Of a stretch of 64,000 nucleotides of DNA, positions 1-13,624 are shown piece after piece. Below the pieces are notes generated by a model. That model saw only the letters and a list, made by a program, of their open reading frames with translations, searched no databases and had not been told where the DNA came from. The first letter of the stretch is position 1, and the number at the start of each line of letters is the position of its first letter. Both the position numbers and the translations under genes were made by a program. The stretch spans positions 7,564,001 through 7,628,000 of the forward strand of contig NC_087459.1 in assembly GCF_036321535.1 (NCBI RefSeq), given 5' to 3'. The DNA is from Camelus dromedarius (Eukaryota).

Positions 1-2879
1 GAGACCCCTCCCAGAGAAGGAAGCGCCTTTCCACGGGCAGAGGCACTCCTCCCACCTGAGCACCTGGCCAGCAAGTCCCTTGGCCTCAAGACCCCCCCAC
101 CCAACTGCCCAGGGTTCTCAGAAGCCTGCCATGAACACCGGCTCCTCATGTCTGAGTCCTGCTCATATATGTTCATTTTTATTTCATTTTGTTAAAACTA
201 ACATATTGACCCTTAACTGAAGGCAGAAGTGTTCAGTGAAGATAGATCAGAACTAGAAAGAAGAATAAAGTTGTCTGCTCACCCAGAGATAAACCTGGTT
301 AATACCTTGCTCTCAGATTTCAAAACAGATTTGACAGATTTTTAAAGAAGCAAAATGGAATACAGTGCATGTTGCTTAAAACCAATGTTAAAATATCACA
401 AGTGTTTCTTCATATACTGAACGGCACTGTGGTCACCAAATCATATTGTACAAGGACCCACAGAGAAGAGACACACGTATATGGAACTAGTTGCCAGTGG
501 CTGACCCTCTGAAACACCTCTTTTCCTCCCAGCACAAGTAGTCCTCGGTCTGGGCCTGGCCCTGCTGTAGCAGCCCTGCCGGGGAGATGGTGACCAGCCC
601 GCACATGCACAACCATGCTGATGTCTCGTCCTCCAGGGAGGTCCCTACCAACTCATCTGCCCCAGTGGCACCTGTCCCCAATCCCCAACCCCCAACCCAT
701 CCAGTCATGAGAAAACACCAGATAAGCCCAACTGGAGGAACATCCTACCAAATATATGACCAGACCTGCTCAAAACTATCAAGGTCATGAAAACCCAGGC
801 AAGTCCAGAGACCAGAGGGGACGAAGGAGCCATATCGGCTAATGCAGAGCAGGGACCCTGGACTGGAAGGGGCACTGGCAGAATCCAACAGCATCTTAGT
901 CCAGCTGTAGTGACTGGTGCTGTGGTAAGATGTTGACTAAGGGGCTGGACGAGGTGCCCTGGTGACTCTGAACCATCTCTGTAACTCCAAACCAACGTTG
1001 AGATCTTTTTAAGGTGTTGTTGACTCATTTCATCAGGATGAGCTGCCTAAAGAATCTGGGACACGGGGCTCTGTCTCGGATGACCTGGCTGAGGCCACTG
1101 CCCCTCTAGTAGCCCCCTGGGCTCAGGCCGAGGAGAGCAGACCCCAGACGGCCCTGCGGCCCTTGCTCTGTGGCTGCCTTCCACTCTGTGCTGCCTTCAC
1201 TTGGGTTCAGGAACTAACTGTGAACGTTCTGCACAGCAACTCCTGTGTTGGCTCAGGGTGCCATTCCCAGCCCGGGGGCTGATGCCCAAGGAAAGCTACT
1301 AGAGCGTCAGTGCACACGATCGCCCAGAAACACGGGAGCACACGCGCAACTGCACCAGCATTTCTGGGTTTGGAGATATGTGCACTGAAAATCAAAGAAA
1401 ACACGGCATCAGGTTTCTTGATGCTGTGTGCACCCACTACCAGCATGGCCTCCCAAGCTGAGGGTGGCCTGGAATAGGTGTGAGGCTTCTCTCCAGAGTG
1501 ATGACCGTCTGCCTTCTCATGACAGCTCAGAGGACCTAGAGTCCTCGATTTCAAACACAGGCTCCCCGTGGGCCAGCCGAGCTGTAATTAAGCTTCTCTG
1601 TCCTATTATCTGCAGGGACAGTGTGAACGGGGCAAAGCCCGGCCCTCGTGGGGCTGACAGACTGTGGGGGAGGGGCACACAGCACATTCGGAAGATCCAG
1701 GGCAGAGGTGACAAGCTGGAGAAGAACAGGACTGGGACTGGGGCTGGGGGAAGCCTGCCTGCAGGGGAAGGAGAATGGGGGAGCACACGGCTCCCCGGGG
1801 CACATCCCACAGCAGGAACAGCCCGTCTGAGGCCAATAAGTGTCAACGGACGTCACGCAAAATTGACCCCTGAATCCTGTTGGAGATCCATCTTCTAAAT
1901 GCCCAGAAGACAGTTACTGAGGCTGAAACCAAATGGAAAACCTCGTGAAAGGGACATCAATCTGAGACCAGTCAACACACTGGTGATAAATACAGGGGAA
2001 CCTACTTTAAAGAGGTAGAACATTTTTGGTAGGAGATGACATAGCCATTAAGAAGGGATTTGTTATACGCACTTGGGAACCATTAATGATACTAAAACTG
2101 CATCGGTGTCTGTCTCCATTCAACGAATCCACACAGACAAGAGCTGCTATTGTAACAGCAACAAAGCATGGCTTCCTCGTTTAAAATTTCTGTTTTAAAA
2201 TATCAAAGCATTTACAAAAGAAACTGGCACACAGCTGCTGCTCCAGAGCTAACCTAACAATGCTGCTCCCTGTTACTGCGCTGGCAAAGGTCAGGCTTGC
2301 CGACGCTGTTCCCCCCGTGCCAACAATGGGGCATTGGAGCCAGGAAGCTCCAGGGACACACACCAGACTCTGGAGGTTCCAGGCCAGCCAGTGGCTGAGA
2401 TGGTGTCCGGTGAGACCAAGAGCCCTTCTCTGGCTCCTCAGCACTCACTGCAATTCAGGACACACAGGTGGTTACCTGGCAGGGAAGCCTGTCCGCCTTG
2501 CCTCAGACAGGCAAATGTTAAAGCTGAAGAAGTAGAGAGAAAGACCCATGTTACCAGCTGCTTTTAGCTGTTTTATATAAACATGATCAATAAAAGGGTT
2601 TAAAAATAATCCTTCCTGAGAATACTGCTCCAGACCACAACAGGGAGAAATGCAGTGGAGATGTGGCTGGGTCTCTGGCCTCACCTCCATCACAACGAGG
2701 CACCTGCCCTGCGAACCACAAGGATCCTTCAGATGGGGAGACAAACGAAACCTAATCTGGCAGAGGGTTAACCTGCCCACCATCTCCAAATCCAAGGCCT
2801 CAAAACCATGTGCTCCTGGCCAAAACAGAAAGCTCCATGAAAGGGGAGAAGGAACTGATAGATTATCTGATGTGTCTGA

Positions 2880-4430
2880 TTCAGTAAAAAATAGTATTGG
2901 GAGAAGTCAAGCAGTTGTGCTGGTGAACTTGGAACAAATTGCTGAAACATGATCAGAGATGAAAAACAAAGCAAAACAAAAAAGGAGAGGCAACTATCAA
3001 CTCCAGAAAAAACAAAGAGTTACTAGGAAAAAATTATTATACTTCATTATTGGCTCAGCAGTCAATAATATTTATGTAGTTATAATAATGTAAAGACTAA
3101 ATACTAATTTCATAAAAATTGTATTTGTGACATAGTTCAACTGAGATGGTAAGGGGAAGAGTGTTAGAAATGTGGGAGAGTAATGACAGGAAGTACATGG
3201 ATAACGTCTAAAGGTGATGCATTAAGAACGACTTGTGTAAACATATAACTCAGAAGTGTGAGGTAAATTCAGAAGTGCTGGAGGACACGAAGGAGTCACT
3301 CTGAGAACAGGACGGGGAGAGCAGAGGTAAACAAAGGTAAGCTGTTTCTGTTATAAGCTGTATAATACAACTGGAATTTATAATCCATTCACATGTCTAA
3401 TTTTTCAAAAAAATACTTAAAAGAACAATCTTCAGGCCATATTATCTAGGTGTAGTGTAATAAAATCAGAAACTGCCCAACAAAAAGTAACCTATAAAAC
3501 CTTAAGTGTTTGGGATTTTTGATGCTTGTCTCTAAACAGCACTTGGCCAAAGAGGCACCAGCATATGAGGGTTATAATACTACCTGCCACTGTCAGGGAA
3601 CACTGAGGTCTTAGCGGACAGGGCCAGGGACACAGTCAGAGGGGAGTGACCACCTGTCCCCATGCTTTTGTTTGTAGATAAGAAGAAAGGAAGATTAATG
3701 AGTTAAACAATCAGCTCGAGATCTTAGAAAATAATAAACCCCTTCCTCCTCGAAGGAGGAAGCAACCTGTAAAAAGTAAGAATTAATGAGCCGGAACACA
3801 CTTAAAAAAAAATCTGATAAATAAAACCAGCTCTTTGAAAGGACCCACATGACTGCCGTGACACCGGAGAAGGGAGGAGACAAACACGCATCATGCAGGA
3901 GAGTCTGGGGGCGCCGAGAGGAGGGGGTTGGAGGGGGAGGGCCGGCGGGCGGCACACAGAGCCTAGTCTGTGGGACCAGCAGCAAGTCTCCAGAGAACAG
4001 GTGGTGATGAGACTGCCCTCAACACCAGAGAGCCAGCACCAAGAAACTCCATAGTCAACTGCGATACTAATATTGATTATACTATGAACTAAAAAGGAAA
4101 CACTCATCAAACGTCTACTCACCTTAATAAAAATAAAAGATAAATTAGAAGCATTTCAGACAAAACCCACCTGAATGGGTTCAGGACTGGAAGTATGAGT
4201 TACAGCAACAAGATGCTTCTTCAGTATCTAAAATTCTGCATATTAAAGAGGTGAACATGTTTTTAGAAGCAGAAATGGGTAACTAGATGTGATAGAACAA
4301 ATTAGAACAAGCCAAGTGTTAACCATACGAATAAGAAAAAATGGTCTTAAATACATTTTTTTCCCAGGTTCCACCAAGTAATTTTCATCAGCTATTACCA
4401 AGAGAAGAAAGGCCCATCTGGGAAACACTG
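2880..4430 (+). mobile_element. Patchwork of old L1 fragments in LMF1 intron 3
   Basis: A-rich degenerate ORF2/3'UTR-like pieces (e.g. aattaatgagttaaacaatcagctcgagatcttagaaaa). Boundaries are approximate. Confidence 0.55.
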
Positions 4431-7400
4431 ACCCCAGTCTAACGCATCTGCTTGTGCGCAGATTTGAGCAGGCACCTAAGTAAAGTAGGTACAGACAGGG
4501 AGGCGGTTAAGGTGGGACTACCTTCAGTCTCCCCCAGCCCCTTACCTGCTGCTCCTCCTCCTCCAGCAACAAACAGTGACTTCTGGGCAGCACACTCCTG
4601 CAACTGGTGCTCCCAGTGACCCAAGAGAGGGGACAGAGAGGAGAGAGAAGGCCATAGCACCAAGGAGGAGGCCCAGGCTGGGGGCAGTAGTGGGGGGCGA
4701 GGGGGTTTGAGGCCAACCAGGGCCGCCGACGGTGAGACCATGGCAAACACGGTGACTGTTTCTCTCGCATTGGAAATAACCACCTCTGCTGGCTGAGGTG
4801 GTTCACGCTCTCCAAGTATCACGTGGTGGCCCTAAAAGTCACCCAACTCAGGCTCTCTGTCTGTCCTGAGGAACCGTCACGCAGAACTCACCGTCCCAGG
4901 GAGTTGGGTGGAGGGCTGGGGAGGGATCGAATCACCCAAGTGCAGGGACGAGCAGGTGGGTCTGCAGCCTGGCAAGCTCACAGGATGCGGCTGGCACGGC
5001 TGCCTCTGATTATGGGAATAATTTAATCACAAGAAACTGCTTTCCTGGACACTGGGCTGGGGGGAGAATCAGACAAACCATGAATGAAAGCAGAGGATAT
5101 GAGAACCAGGCGAAGCTTGGTGCCGGGGCTGACAAGGGTCTGGAAATGGTTTGGTGGATCTGCTGCGGCCAAGGCAGCTCAGGGTTGTGAGGCCGGCTAA
5201 TCGCTTCCTGCAGGCAGGCTCCACTCTGGCACCAAAAGGTTTTAATAAAAACTCCCAATTGGGCCAGTAAACCCCTCATTAAGCTGTTTTTAAAGCATGA
5301 ATTTAAGAGCGGTAAGGGTCACAGGGAGCATTTAATTTACAATGGCTGGCGAGAGGTGCTGCTGTGACAGGGAACGTAGGGTTCAGGTGTCCAGTCCGAC
5401 ATGGCCCTCGACCTGCCTGGAAGTGGAGTTTGGCAGAGTGAGGCGGCAGTAGCAGAGCAGGGCACCAAAGGACAGCAGCAGGTGACACAGCTGAGACTCA
5501 GCCCATCCACTGAGGTCCCTACACGTAGCCCAGGCCCTCCATGCCTGCATACCTGTGGCCACCTGCACATCAACTCCCTGCCAGACACCCACCTGTCCAG
5601 GACACTGCCACCTGTCCCACTCCCCACCCCGGTTCACCTGTCTCACCTCCCTGGCATGGACCTCCCACTGCAGCCTTGGTGTGTTTAAACTCAGTGATTC
5701 ACTCCCTGTATTCACTCCCTGTACCCACCACGAGGATGGCTCCTACAGGGATCCAGTGTGTTCCCAGCTCACACAGCATATTCCGGGTAACCCCTTGGAT
5801 GTCTCTGCTGTGGGCCTGTTCCCTGGCCCTGCGGTTCACGACGAGACTCCAACATTCGCCCAGCCCGAAGGAACAGTCTGGACCAGCAGACACTTCGTTT
5901 TCACAATAACAGGATAAAACAGAAATTTGTCCATTGAGCTTCTCACTGAAACCAAGGATCCCTAAAATGTCCAATTCGTAGCCTGATGGGCCTGCAGTAA
6001 AACATGAATACTCCTTCCCTGAAAAGGAATATCCCATGTGGAGCCTTTCAGAATCCTTCCCTAAAATTCCCTCCACACCTCTCCCTCCCCTGCAAGGATG
6101 AGAAATAGGGAAATAAGTCCCTTGAGAGAAAACTCCTAAGGAATAAATCAAATGCACTTACGTTGTGCCTTTTAGGAAGGCAAGGCTCCTGGGCTCCTGA
6201 CAGAGGAGCATCAGTGCTGGGAGATAGAGACAGGGAGGAAGGTGCCCGGGGGTCACCTGCCTGGGGGCACCATCTGCATATACTGAGGTCCCTCAAGATA
6301 AAATTAAATCAAAGAAGTTACAAAACCCTCCCAAGGCCTCGGAAGCCTTTCAAGAAGATGGGAAGCCACAGGAAAGCACAGGCTTCCTCATGTCTGTCTG
6401 TCTGGGTGTGAGGACACTGTGAAATGGCCAAGGCCTGGGGCCGGAAAGGACCCTCAACACAGCTTGGCCAGTGTGGATCGTTCAATGTCCCGCAGAGTCG
6501 GCCAACACAGCACCCTGGCCTGCAGCCTACACCTCTGGCACTCTTGCCTGCCCAGGTCTGGGAGGGGCCTGCCTCTGGGCACAGTCACCCTCTGCTCGCC
6601 CTGACTTCAGCACACACGGGCAGAGGGAGCCTCCTTCCTGGAGTGTTGACTCCCTGTCGCTTGGCCCGGGGCCCCACAGGAGCACTGGTCAGAAGGGCAT
6701 GGGCCAAGAACAGCCTCATCCTGGCGGAAAAGGCCAGAAAGCCCTTCCCGGAAGCCCCAGAGCCACACCTGCCGGGTTCCTGCGCTGTTTTCAAATGCAA
6801 AGAGGCTGGCATAAAGTTCAAAAAAAGTTCATAGCCCCAAGGTCACAAATATCAAAAAGCACACTTCCTGCAGGGGAGCAGAAAATGGGCCACACTTATA
6901 GGTGCAGAATAAAAGACGTTTTAGACCCATTCTTTGAAGTGAAAGTTACCAAGCCAGGGGCCTTCAAAGTACACAGCAGAGATGCAGCCACAGCAGAGAA
7001 GCGAGTCACACAGGACGCTGCGGTTTCCTGCATTCGTGTGGCCTCTCCTCAACCAGCGTCACATCCACCTACAAGTGGACGGTGGCTGGGGACCCCATGG
7101 TGGAGATGTGGGATGTTCACAGAAGCTCGGACCTCCTGGGAAGTGTTGGTTCTGAATGGAGGGAGTGACCAGGAGGAGGGGTGGCTATGTGGACCCTCTG
7201 GGCAGGGACTGTGCCCCATGTCCAGATGAGGGGTCACACCTGCAGACTGCACCCAGGGAAGGTCAGAAAAGATGGGCTGGTGGAGGCCCCAGAAGAAATG
7301 ACTGCAGGGACTCCTCCAAGCAGCGCTGCCAATGGAAATCTTTCTCCACAGCAGTGGACACCATCTGAGATCTGTGTGGCCATGGGGTGCCTGAGCCCTG

Positions 7401-8889
7401 GACGTGGCAGGGAGATTGTGGAGCTAGGGAGCAAGCCCCAGGGCCCCGTATTTCCTGCATCTCAGTGGCCTCACACCCATCAAAGAAGGAACAGAATGTA
7501 AATGGATGTAGAAAAATAAGTATAAACAAGACGATCGACTCACTGAGAAAACCCAGTTCTTGCTGGGGCCTGAGGCAGCTGAGGGAGGAAAAGCCCCAAA
7601 GGTCCAAAGCCCCTTAGGTCTGGCTCCCCAGGCCCGGCCCAGGGGTCACGCCTGAAGCATCGGTTGCCTTCTCTCCTCTAGGCTTAGTGAGCAGGGCACA
7701 GACAGAAGCATGGCAGGTGAGGGTGAGAGGCTGGACCAGGCGTCTGGACGGTCAGTGGGAAACGACCAGCGAGCTGCTGCAGGGTAGACACCACACTGAT
7801 CCAGTCATATCTCAGGGGCCTCATGAGGGAAAGGTATGGATGACCTCTGAAGTCACAGCCCATTACCACAGGGGCAGAGAAGACTTGTGAAAGACACCCC
7901 ACAACACCGATGGAAGTGCAGACAGAGCCGCCTGTTTAATTCAGAGCTGGTGGCTGCGCCTCCTGCCAGTGATACCCCTGCTCCCACAAAGGCTCACATG
8001 TCACTTCCACGGGGATCCCAGGGCTGTGGAACCCTCGTGCCATGGCCTCACGGCTCGTAGCTCGAGACTCAATGAATGGTACCCACCCTCCCCCTTTCCC
8101 CTGCAAAACACAGGACTTTATAACTACCCAGGACCCAAGCCCAGAGGCTGCTCCCACAAGTCAGGCTCTGATACTTTTGTTCATCACAACAACTGGAAAG
8201 GAGAATCAAGTAACTTTTACTAAGCAAAGAGGGTTTATCTGAATGCCAGGCAAGGCCGCTTCCCTGAGGGAAGCCTGACCTCAGACAAGCTGGACATGGA
8301 GCTCGCACAGCCAGGCTGTGACCAACCATGCAGGCTGGACTTGCACTCAGGACAAGAGAACATTCCCAAGTCGTCCCACTGCTTCTTGCTTAAACCACCA
8401 AACCCTGAGCACAGAGACAGAGATCCAGGCAGCTTCCGGTGCAAGGACCGGCCATTTTGCCAACGCTCAACACTTGATTGTTTAATTCGGAAGGTGAGAA
8501 GCGACACCGGCCCACAACACCCTGATCACTGTGCTTTACATGTTAAATTAAAACTACTGCTTTGTTACCTGCTTTTCTAAGGCAATTACAAGTCAGAAAA
8601 CTTTTTATTTACCGTTATCTTAAATCCCACTGCTCTACCTTCCTTCCATCAAGTGGACCCGAACTCCACTGCTGTCCCTCTGACTCCATCCTCTTGAAGA
8701 ACTCGCTTTGCGTGGGGGCTGTGGGGCCAGTCTGCCTGTTGCTGGACAATGGCTCTGCTGGGTGACAGTGGGGCCTCCTTCCTGGGACCTGAAGCTCCAG
8801 GTCCCTGTCCTCTGTAGGCAGAGCCTTAACAAGAGTGGGGATTATCATCTTTGTCCCTCTGGATGTCCCTCCTAACTCGGGTCGCAATT

Positions 8890-9250
8890 AAGATCTTCAT
8901 GCTCTGCCTTTGGCAGTTTGCTATAATGTGTCCAGGACACGTTGTATGTTAGTGGTCTCTGAGATTCTAAGTCAGTGGCATTTTGCTTTTCATTCATTTT
9001 GGAAAATTCTTGGCCTTAACTTCTTCAAATATTTTCCTGCCCTTCTTTTCTCTCTTCTGCTCTGGGTTCCATTACCTTCATGTTAAGTTCTTCATTCTGT
9101 ATTTTTCATTTTTTTCCATCTGTGTTGGATATCTCAGGTTCACTGATTTTTTTTCCCTCAGCTGTGTCTGCTCTGCAGTGGGTACATTTTTGGGGCGTAT
9201 GTATGTGTCTAGTAGTTTTTTGTCATGTCAACCACCGTGTGTAGAAGCCA
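8890..9250 (-). mobile_element. Old L1 5'/ORF1-region fragment
   Basis: T-rich ggcagtttgctataatgtgtc...ttttggaaaattcttggcc...cttcaaatattttcc is typical of antisense L1M. Confidence 0.6.
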
Positions 9251-10664
9251 GTAGCTACTGAGTTGCACATAATTACCCAGAAGTAAGCATGCATGGCGGG
9301 GCAGGGGGCAGGGCTGGACAGTCTAGCCAGAAAAGTTGTTCAGCCCCAAACACAGGCCATGCAGGGCCCATGCTGAGCAGCCCTTGGCCCTCAGCTGTCT
9401 TCACCTCTGGCTGGGAGGCCTCACGTCTGCCCTGTACACGCGTATGCAGTCCTGGGTCATGAGACTGGGCCCAAGTCTGCGTGCAGAACTGTGGTTCCCT
9501 TCCCTGGCTCTCTCCTCCCGGACCCTCAGACCAGAGGAAGGCGGGCCTCCCTGCAAAGGACGGGATGCCCCACGCGAGCCTTCAGCCCTAACACGCCTTC
9601 CTGGCCTGTCCTTCCCCAGGGCCTCTGGCAGGGAGGCACACACATTCCCACAGAACCTTCTCCTGTCTGGAGCTTGGTCCACAAAACCAAAAGGGAGCTC
9701 GAAGCAGAATTAAAGGAAAAGTGACATGCGGATCTGTCTGTCCCGTGGCAGGAACAATGGTAGGACAGCACAGGAGTCCTATCTCCACCCTCCAGTCGAT
9801 TCTACCAGCAGCAGGTCATCTGCCTGGCTTATCACTATGGCTGGCATGGCTGGTGCTCAACTGACGTGGAAGGAATGAAGAGAGAAGATGGAGGTGAGGC
9901 TGCTGCAGTGAGGGGAGCATCTGCAGGAAGCAGAGTCCGTGCACGAGCATCAGGGGTGGAACAGCCACCCAGCTCCCTTTCCGCCCTGCTCAGATCTCAG
10001 CACCGCAGACCAACGGGCCGCAAGAACTTCGCCCTGGAACTCGCAGTTCTGCTCTGCTCCCCAAGCTCCCCGAGAACCTGGGCCAGCCCTGCACTAAGCA
10101 TGCCTGTCCGGGACCGACTTAGGGGAGGCCGTCCTCGCTGCCCCCAGTGGGAGCCCCGGTGCTCGATGGCTCCATGACTGCTCTGCCTGTAGCTTTCCCG
10201 CAAAGCACAGACAGGACCTAAAGTCTACCCACCCAAAACCAAATGCTAGCTTGTACCTGGGAAACCTCCTCTGCACAGTGTGTCCACTGAGGAGGCAGGA
10301 CCGTCTGGGAGGAGAATGTGGGTCCAGGGGACACTGAGGGGCTCACGTCACCAGCTGCTCCATTCCCCAAAGGGAACGACCTGTGAGGAAGCAATGGGAC
10401 CTCCCGCACAGGATCCATCTCCTGAATGGAGACCACTGTTAGCAGGAAGGACCTGATACCTGAGGTCCCATTATGGCATGAGGCCCTCACCCCAACAGGA
10501 GGCCTGGGTGGGAGGCAGGTCAAGTGCAAACATGCTGTCAGACCAGACTGTGCACCCAAAGCAAATAGGGGGGCCAAGCAAGAAAAGCCAGGAAATGCAG
10601 GAAGATACATACCCCAGGTTAATGCTAAACTCGGCATGTGATATCCTAAATGACTGTCACTTAC

Positions 10665-10675
10665 CAAATGAATAC
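10665..10675 (-). CDS. LMF1: LMF1 coding exon 3, 11-nt micro-exon GTATTCATTTG (completes W-Y-S-F-G)
   Basis: The minus strand reads catttttcttttgtttttcag|GTATTCATTTG|gtaagtgac: a strong polypyrimidine tract with AG and a consensus donor. Joined to exon 2 (TG|G TAT TCA TTT G) it gives WYSFG, the LMF1 residues that follow VNVGQIW. Confidence 0.93.
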
Positions 10676-13624
10676 CTGAAAAACAAAAGAAAAATGTATC
10701 AATTTAGGCATGTTTTACCAAAAAACTTCCAATTTAAGCATCATGTTACCTCATTAAATACAAAGCAGCCCAGTGACTCCAGGACAGTGTGGGGACAGGC
10801 AAGAGAGCTTATGACACTACTGAGGCATGAGGTGAAGTGAGGGGAGATCTGCCCAGTTGAATGTAAGCTTAGGGTCCACCCTCTGTCTGTGATTCAACTG
10901 GCGGTGGGTTGTTAGCGGTGAGTATGATTTAGTGAAAAAACCTGGGGACAAGTGGACTCATAATTCTAACCTGTGTGTTCAAAGGTCAACTGTACTTGGT
11001 TTTCCTGCAGTGAATAATTTCCATCAAACACCATGAAAACGTCATACTCTGGAATCTCCAATTTCAAAGGAGCCCCCCATTATCCCAAGCACAGTTTTTA
11101 AGAGAAGCAACTCTAAATGAAGGACTTATCAGACATGTCTGTGGATCTGAGGGGAGTTGGGGGACTGGTCCAGGATGCACCCTGGGGTGGGAAGACGTAC
11201 TGAGCACAAGAATGCTTATGGACCTGAGTCATGGAAGTAACCCCCAACGTAAGAGAAGGGGACCCGGATGGGACTGCACTGGCCCTGGAACAGCCACTCC
11301 TCATATTTGAAGCCTCCGGCCTGCAGCCCACATTAACACCAACGTCCACCAGCGCACTCCAGGGTAGAATTGCCATCAGTATCTTTAACTGACCCTGTGA
11401 CTGACTATGCGGAATAAAAAGGAGCGAGGCACCGGCACTCACAACACCATGCATGAGCGTCTGCTCCGTGAGAGAAGCCGGACGCGAGGCCTCGCGCTGT
11501 GACCACACAACTATGAAACATCTGAGCAGGTGTGTCCAAACAGAATGGAAGCAGATGGGCGGCCAGGGCTGGAAGGGGACATGGCTGGGAGGGTATGAAA
11601 TGTGTCAGACTAGACCGTGATGGGTCTTGCACATGTTAAATGGTTACATTTTATGGCACATAAATGATGACGTTAAGAAAAACAAATAGCTGTCTGATGA
11701 AGTACGTGTGAATGAAAGGGTGCGGGGATGGTCTATTGTTTTGTTTTTTAAAGAAACTCAAGTCCTCCCTGCTCTGAGAGACTTAGATTTTGCTCCCAAA
11801 CAGTGTGTTAATGCCTTACCCCCACCTGTCTGTTAAGGACAGGCACTCCCTCTCGGAGATGGCCAGCTCACTGACAGCTCATGTCCATAGGAAGGACAGA
11901 AATCAGAGAAGCAAGAAGGGGTCTGTGCCGCCCTGCACATAAGCCAAGTGTCCGTAGCGCCTCTGCCTTGTCCTAGACAAGCGACTCCTTCACGAGGCTC
12001 TGATTTTCACAGGCCTCTGATTGGAAAATGACACCAGGATCCAGTGACTTCTCATTTTGTGAAAAGTTATCACAGATAAATATTTGTTAAATTACTCTCT
12101 CCTGGCTGGGACCGGTTAGTCGTGAAACTGCAGAATCCTCCCACTTCCTTGTCCGGTGCAGAGCTTCCCGAAGGCCTGCTCAGGAGGCAGGGAGATAGGA
12201 ATTTGTAATGAAGTGTGTTCTAACAAGCCGCACAATTCCTGATGTGTGTATGAATGTCACGAGCCGACGGCCAAACAGCAGCAATACAAGATGGAAAGGC
12301 CGCCAGGACACCGCCCTCACCGGACGTGGGACCCGCCACGGCACTGGCAAGCCACATGCAAGGGCAGGGAAGCCTTTCTCAGTGTCTGACGACCACTGCC
12401 CCCTCCCGTGTCCCAGCTGAGGTGGCTCTGGGCAGCAGGTGGAGCACTCCCCTGACGAGGACGTGGGGATGAGGGGGCTTCCCTACGAGTGCGGGAACTG
12501 CACCCGACAACGCGCCTCAGCTCCGCCCTGCCCCAGGGGACAGGGCCCTGGCATCGCCAAACAATGGAGGGAACGGCACCTTCCTGCTGCCAGGAGCTCG
12601 TAAGACTCCAGCAGGGATTTATTTCTATGCAGCAAACATATTCACACCTGTAAGAGTGACTGGACCACAGGCAGGGGCAGCAGAGCGTGTCACTGCGTTT
12701 CAGGCCCAGAGCCAAATAAGGTTTTCATTTTCAACAGTCCGAACGCAGCAGCCAGGCAGAGCGTTCCCTCCATGTTTCTGCAGCTTCTGGCATCTGCTCT
12801 CGGCACTCTTTGAAATCGATACTCTGTCCCTTCTGCCAGATTGAAGTGCCAAGGTGGCTTCCTTTGCAGGAAGGGACCCCTGGAGCCCTCGACCTTGGTC
12901 CAAGTTTAGGGAGATAATCCTTTCCTCTTTGTGGGGGGCCGAGAAGGTAGGAAGAGGAAAGGGCAGCTATACAACCATCCTTAAGAGCAACAAAAAGGTC
13001 CTCTAGGATCACCGCCAGGCAGAGCACAGATAATAGAATCAGAAATCTAACTTTCTGGAAAAGTTGATGTTAACGAGAGAAACTGGAGCAGAAGGGACAA
13101 TGAGGACTTCTGATGTTGTTTTAGCAGGACAGTGCCAGGCCCTGTCAGGTTCTCCTGAGACCACTCCAATTTTATGCAATAATAATTAATGAACTCTGGC
13201 CTTGTCTCTCTTTCAGGGTCACTGATTTCCAAGATGTTTAAACTCCTAGAGCAAGAGGACTAGCACCCAGAGCACCAGAGTAAATACGCATGAGTCCACA
13301 GTGATATGACCAATGCTGAGTAAATATGGGACACGGGACAGACCTGTGCGGAAGAACCTACGTCACCGTGTGCACGCTCTGCCTTCAAGGATGGGCCAAC
13401 TCCCCTCCCTGTATGTGGGCTGCGCGCCCACCAAATGCGACGTCCTCCAAACAAGAACACAGAGTTGACTTCGGACAAAAAGAAGACCTTGACAGTGGAG
13501 ATACCTGAAGGCATGACTCCAGCCAGAGGTCAGAGTCACTGTCAGCAGAACCAGCTCCCTGATACATGTGTGGACAACAGCACTACACCTCTGGTTTTCC
13601 TCCCAAACCCACCATCACCCTGTC

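Noticed and set aside
6471-7229. 252-aa ORF (also the 233-aa ORF at 32651-33352, 269-aa at 47314-48123 and 244-aa at 48785-49519)
   Set aside because: No recognisable protein features, no consistent splice or Kozak signals, and a composition typical of GC-rich non-coding DNA.
1-10664. Search for LMF1 exon 4 (WESQLLETGFLGIFL)
   Set aside because: Not found by eye or in the ORF track; it presumably lies left of the window.
10750-10925. Plus-strand ATTAAA (10753) and donor G|GTGAGT (10918) as a possible LMF1 antisense RNA
   Set aside because: Isolated short signals that occur by chance; no exon model could be built.
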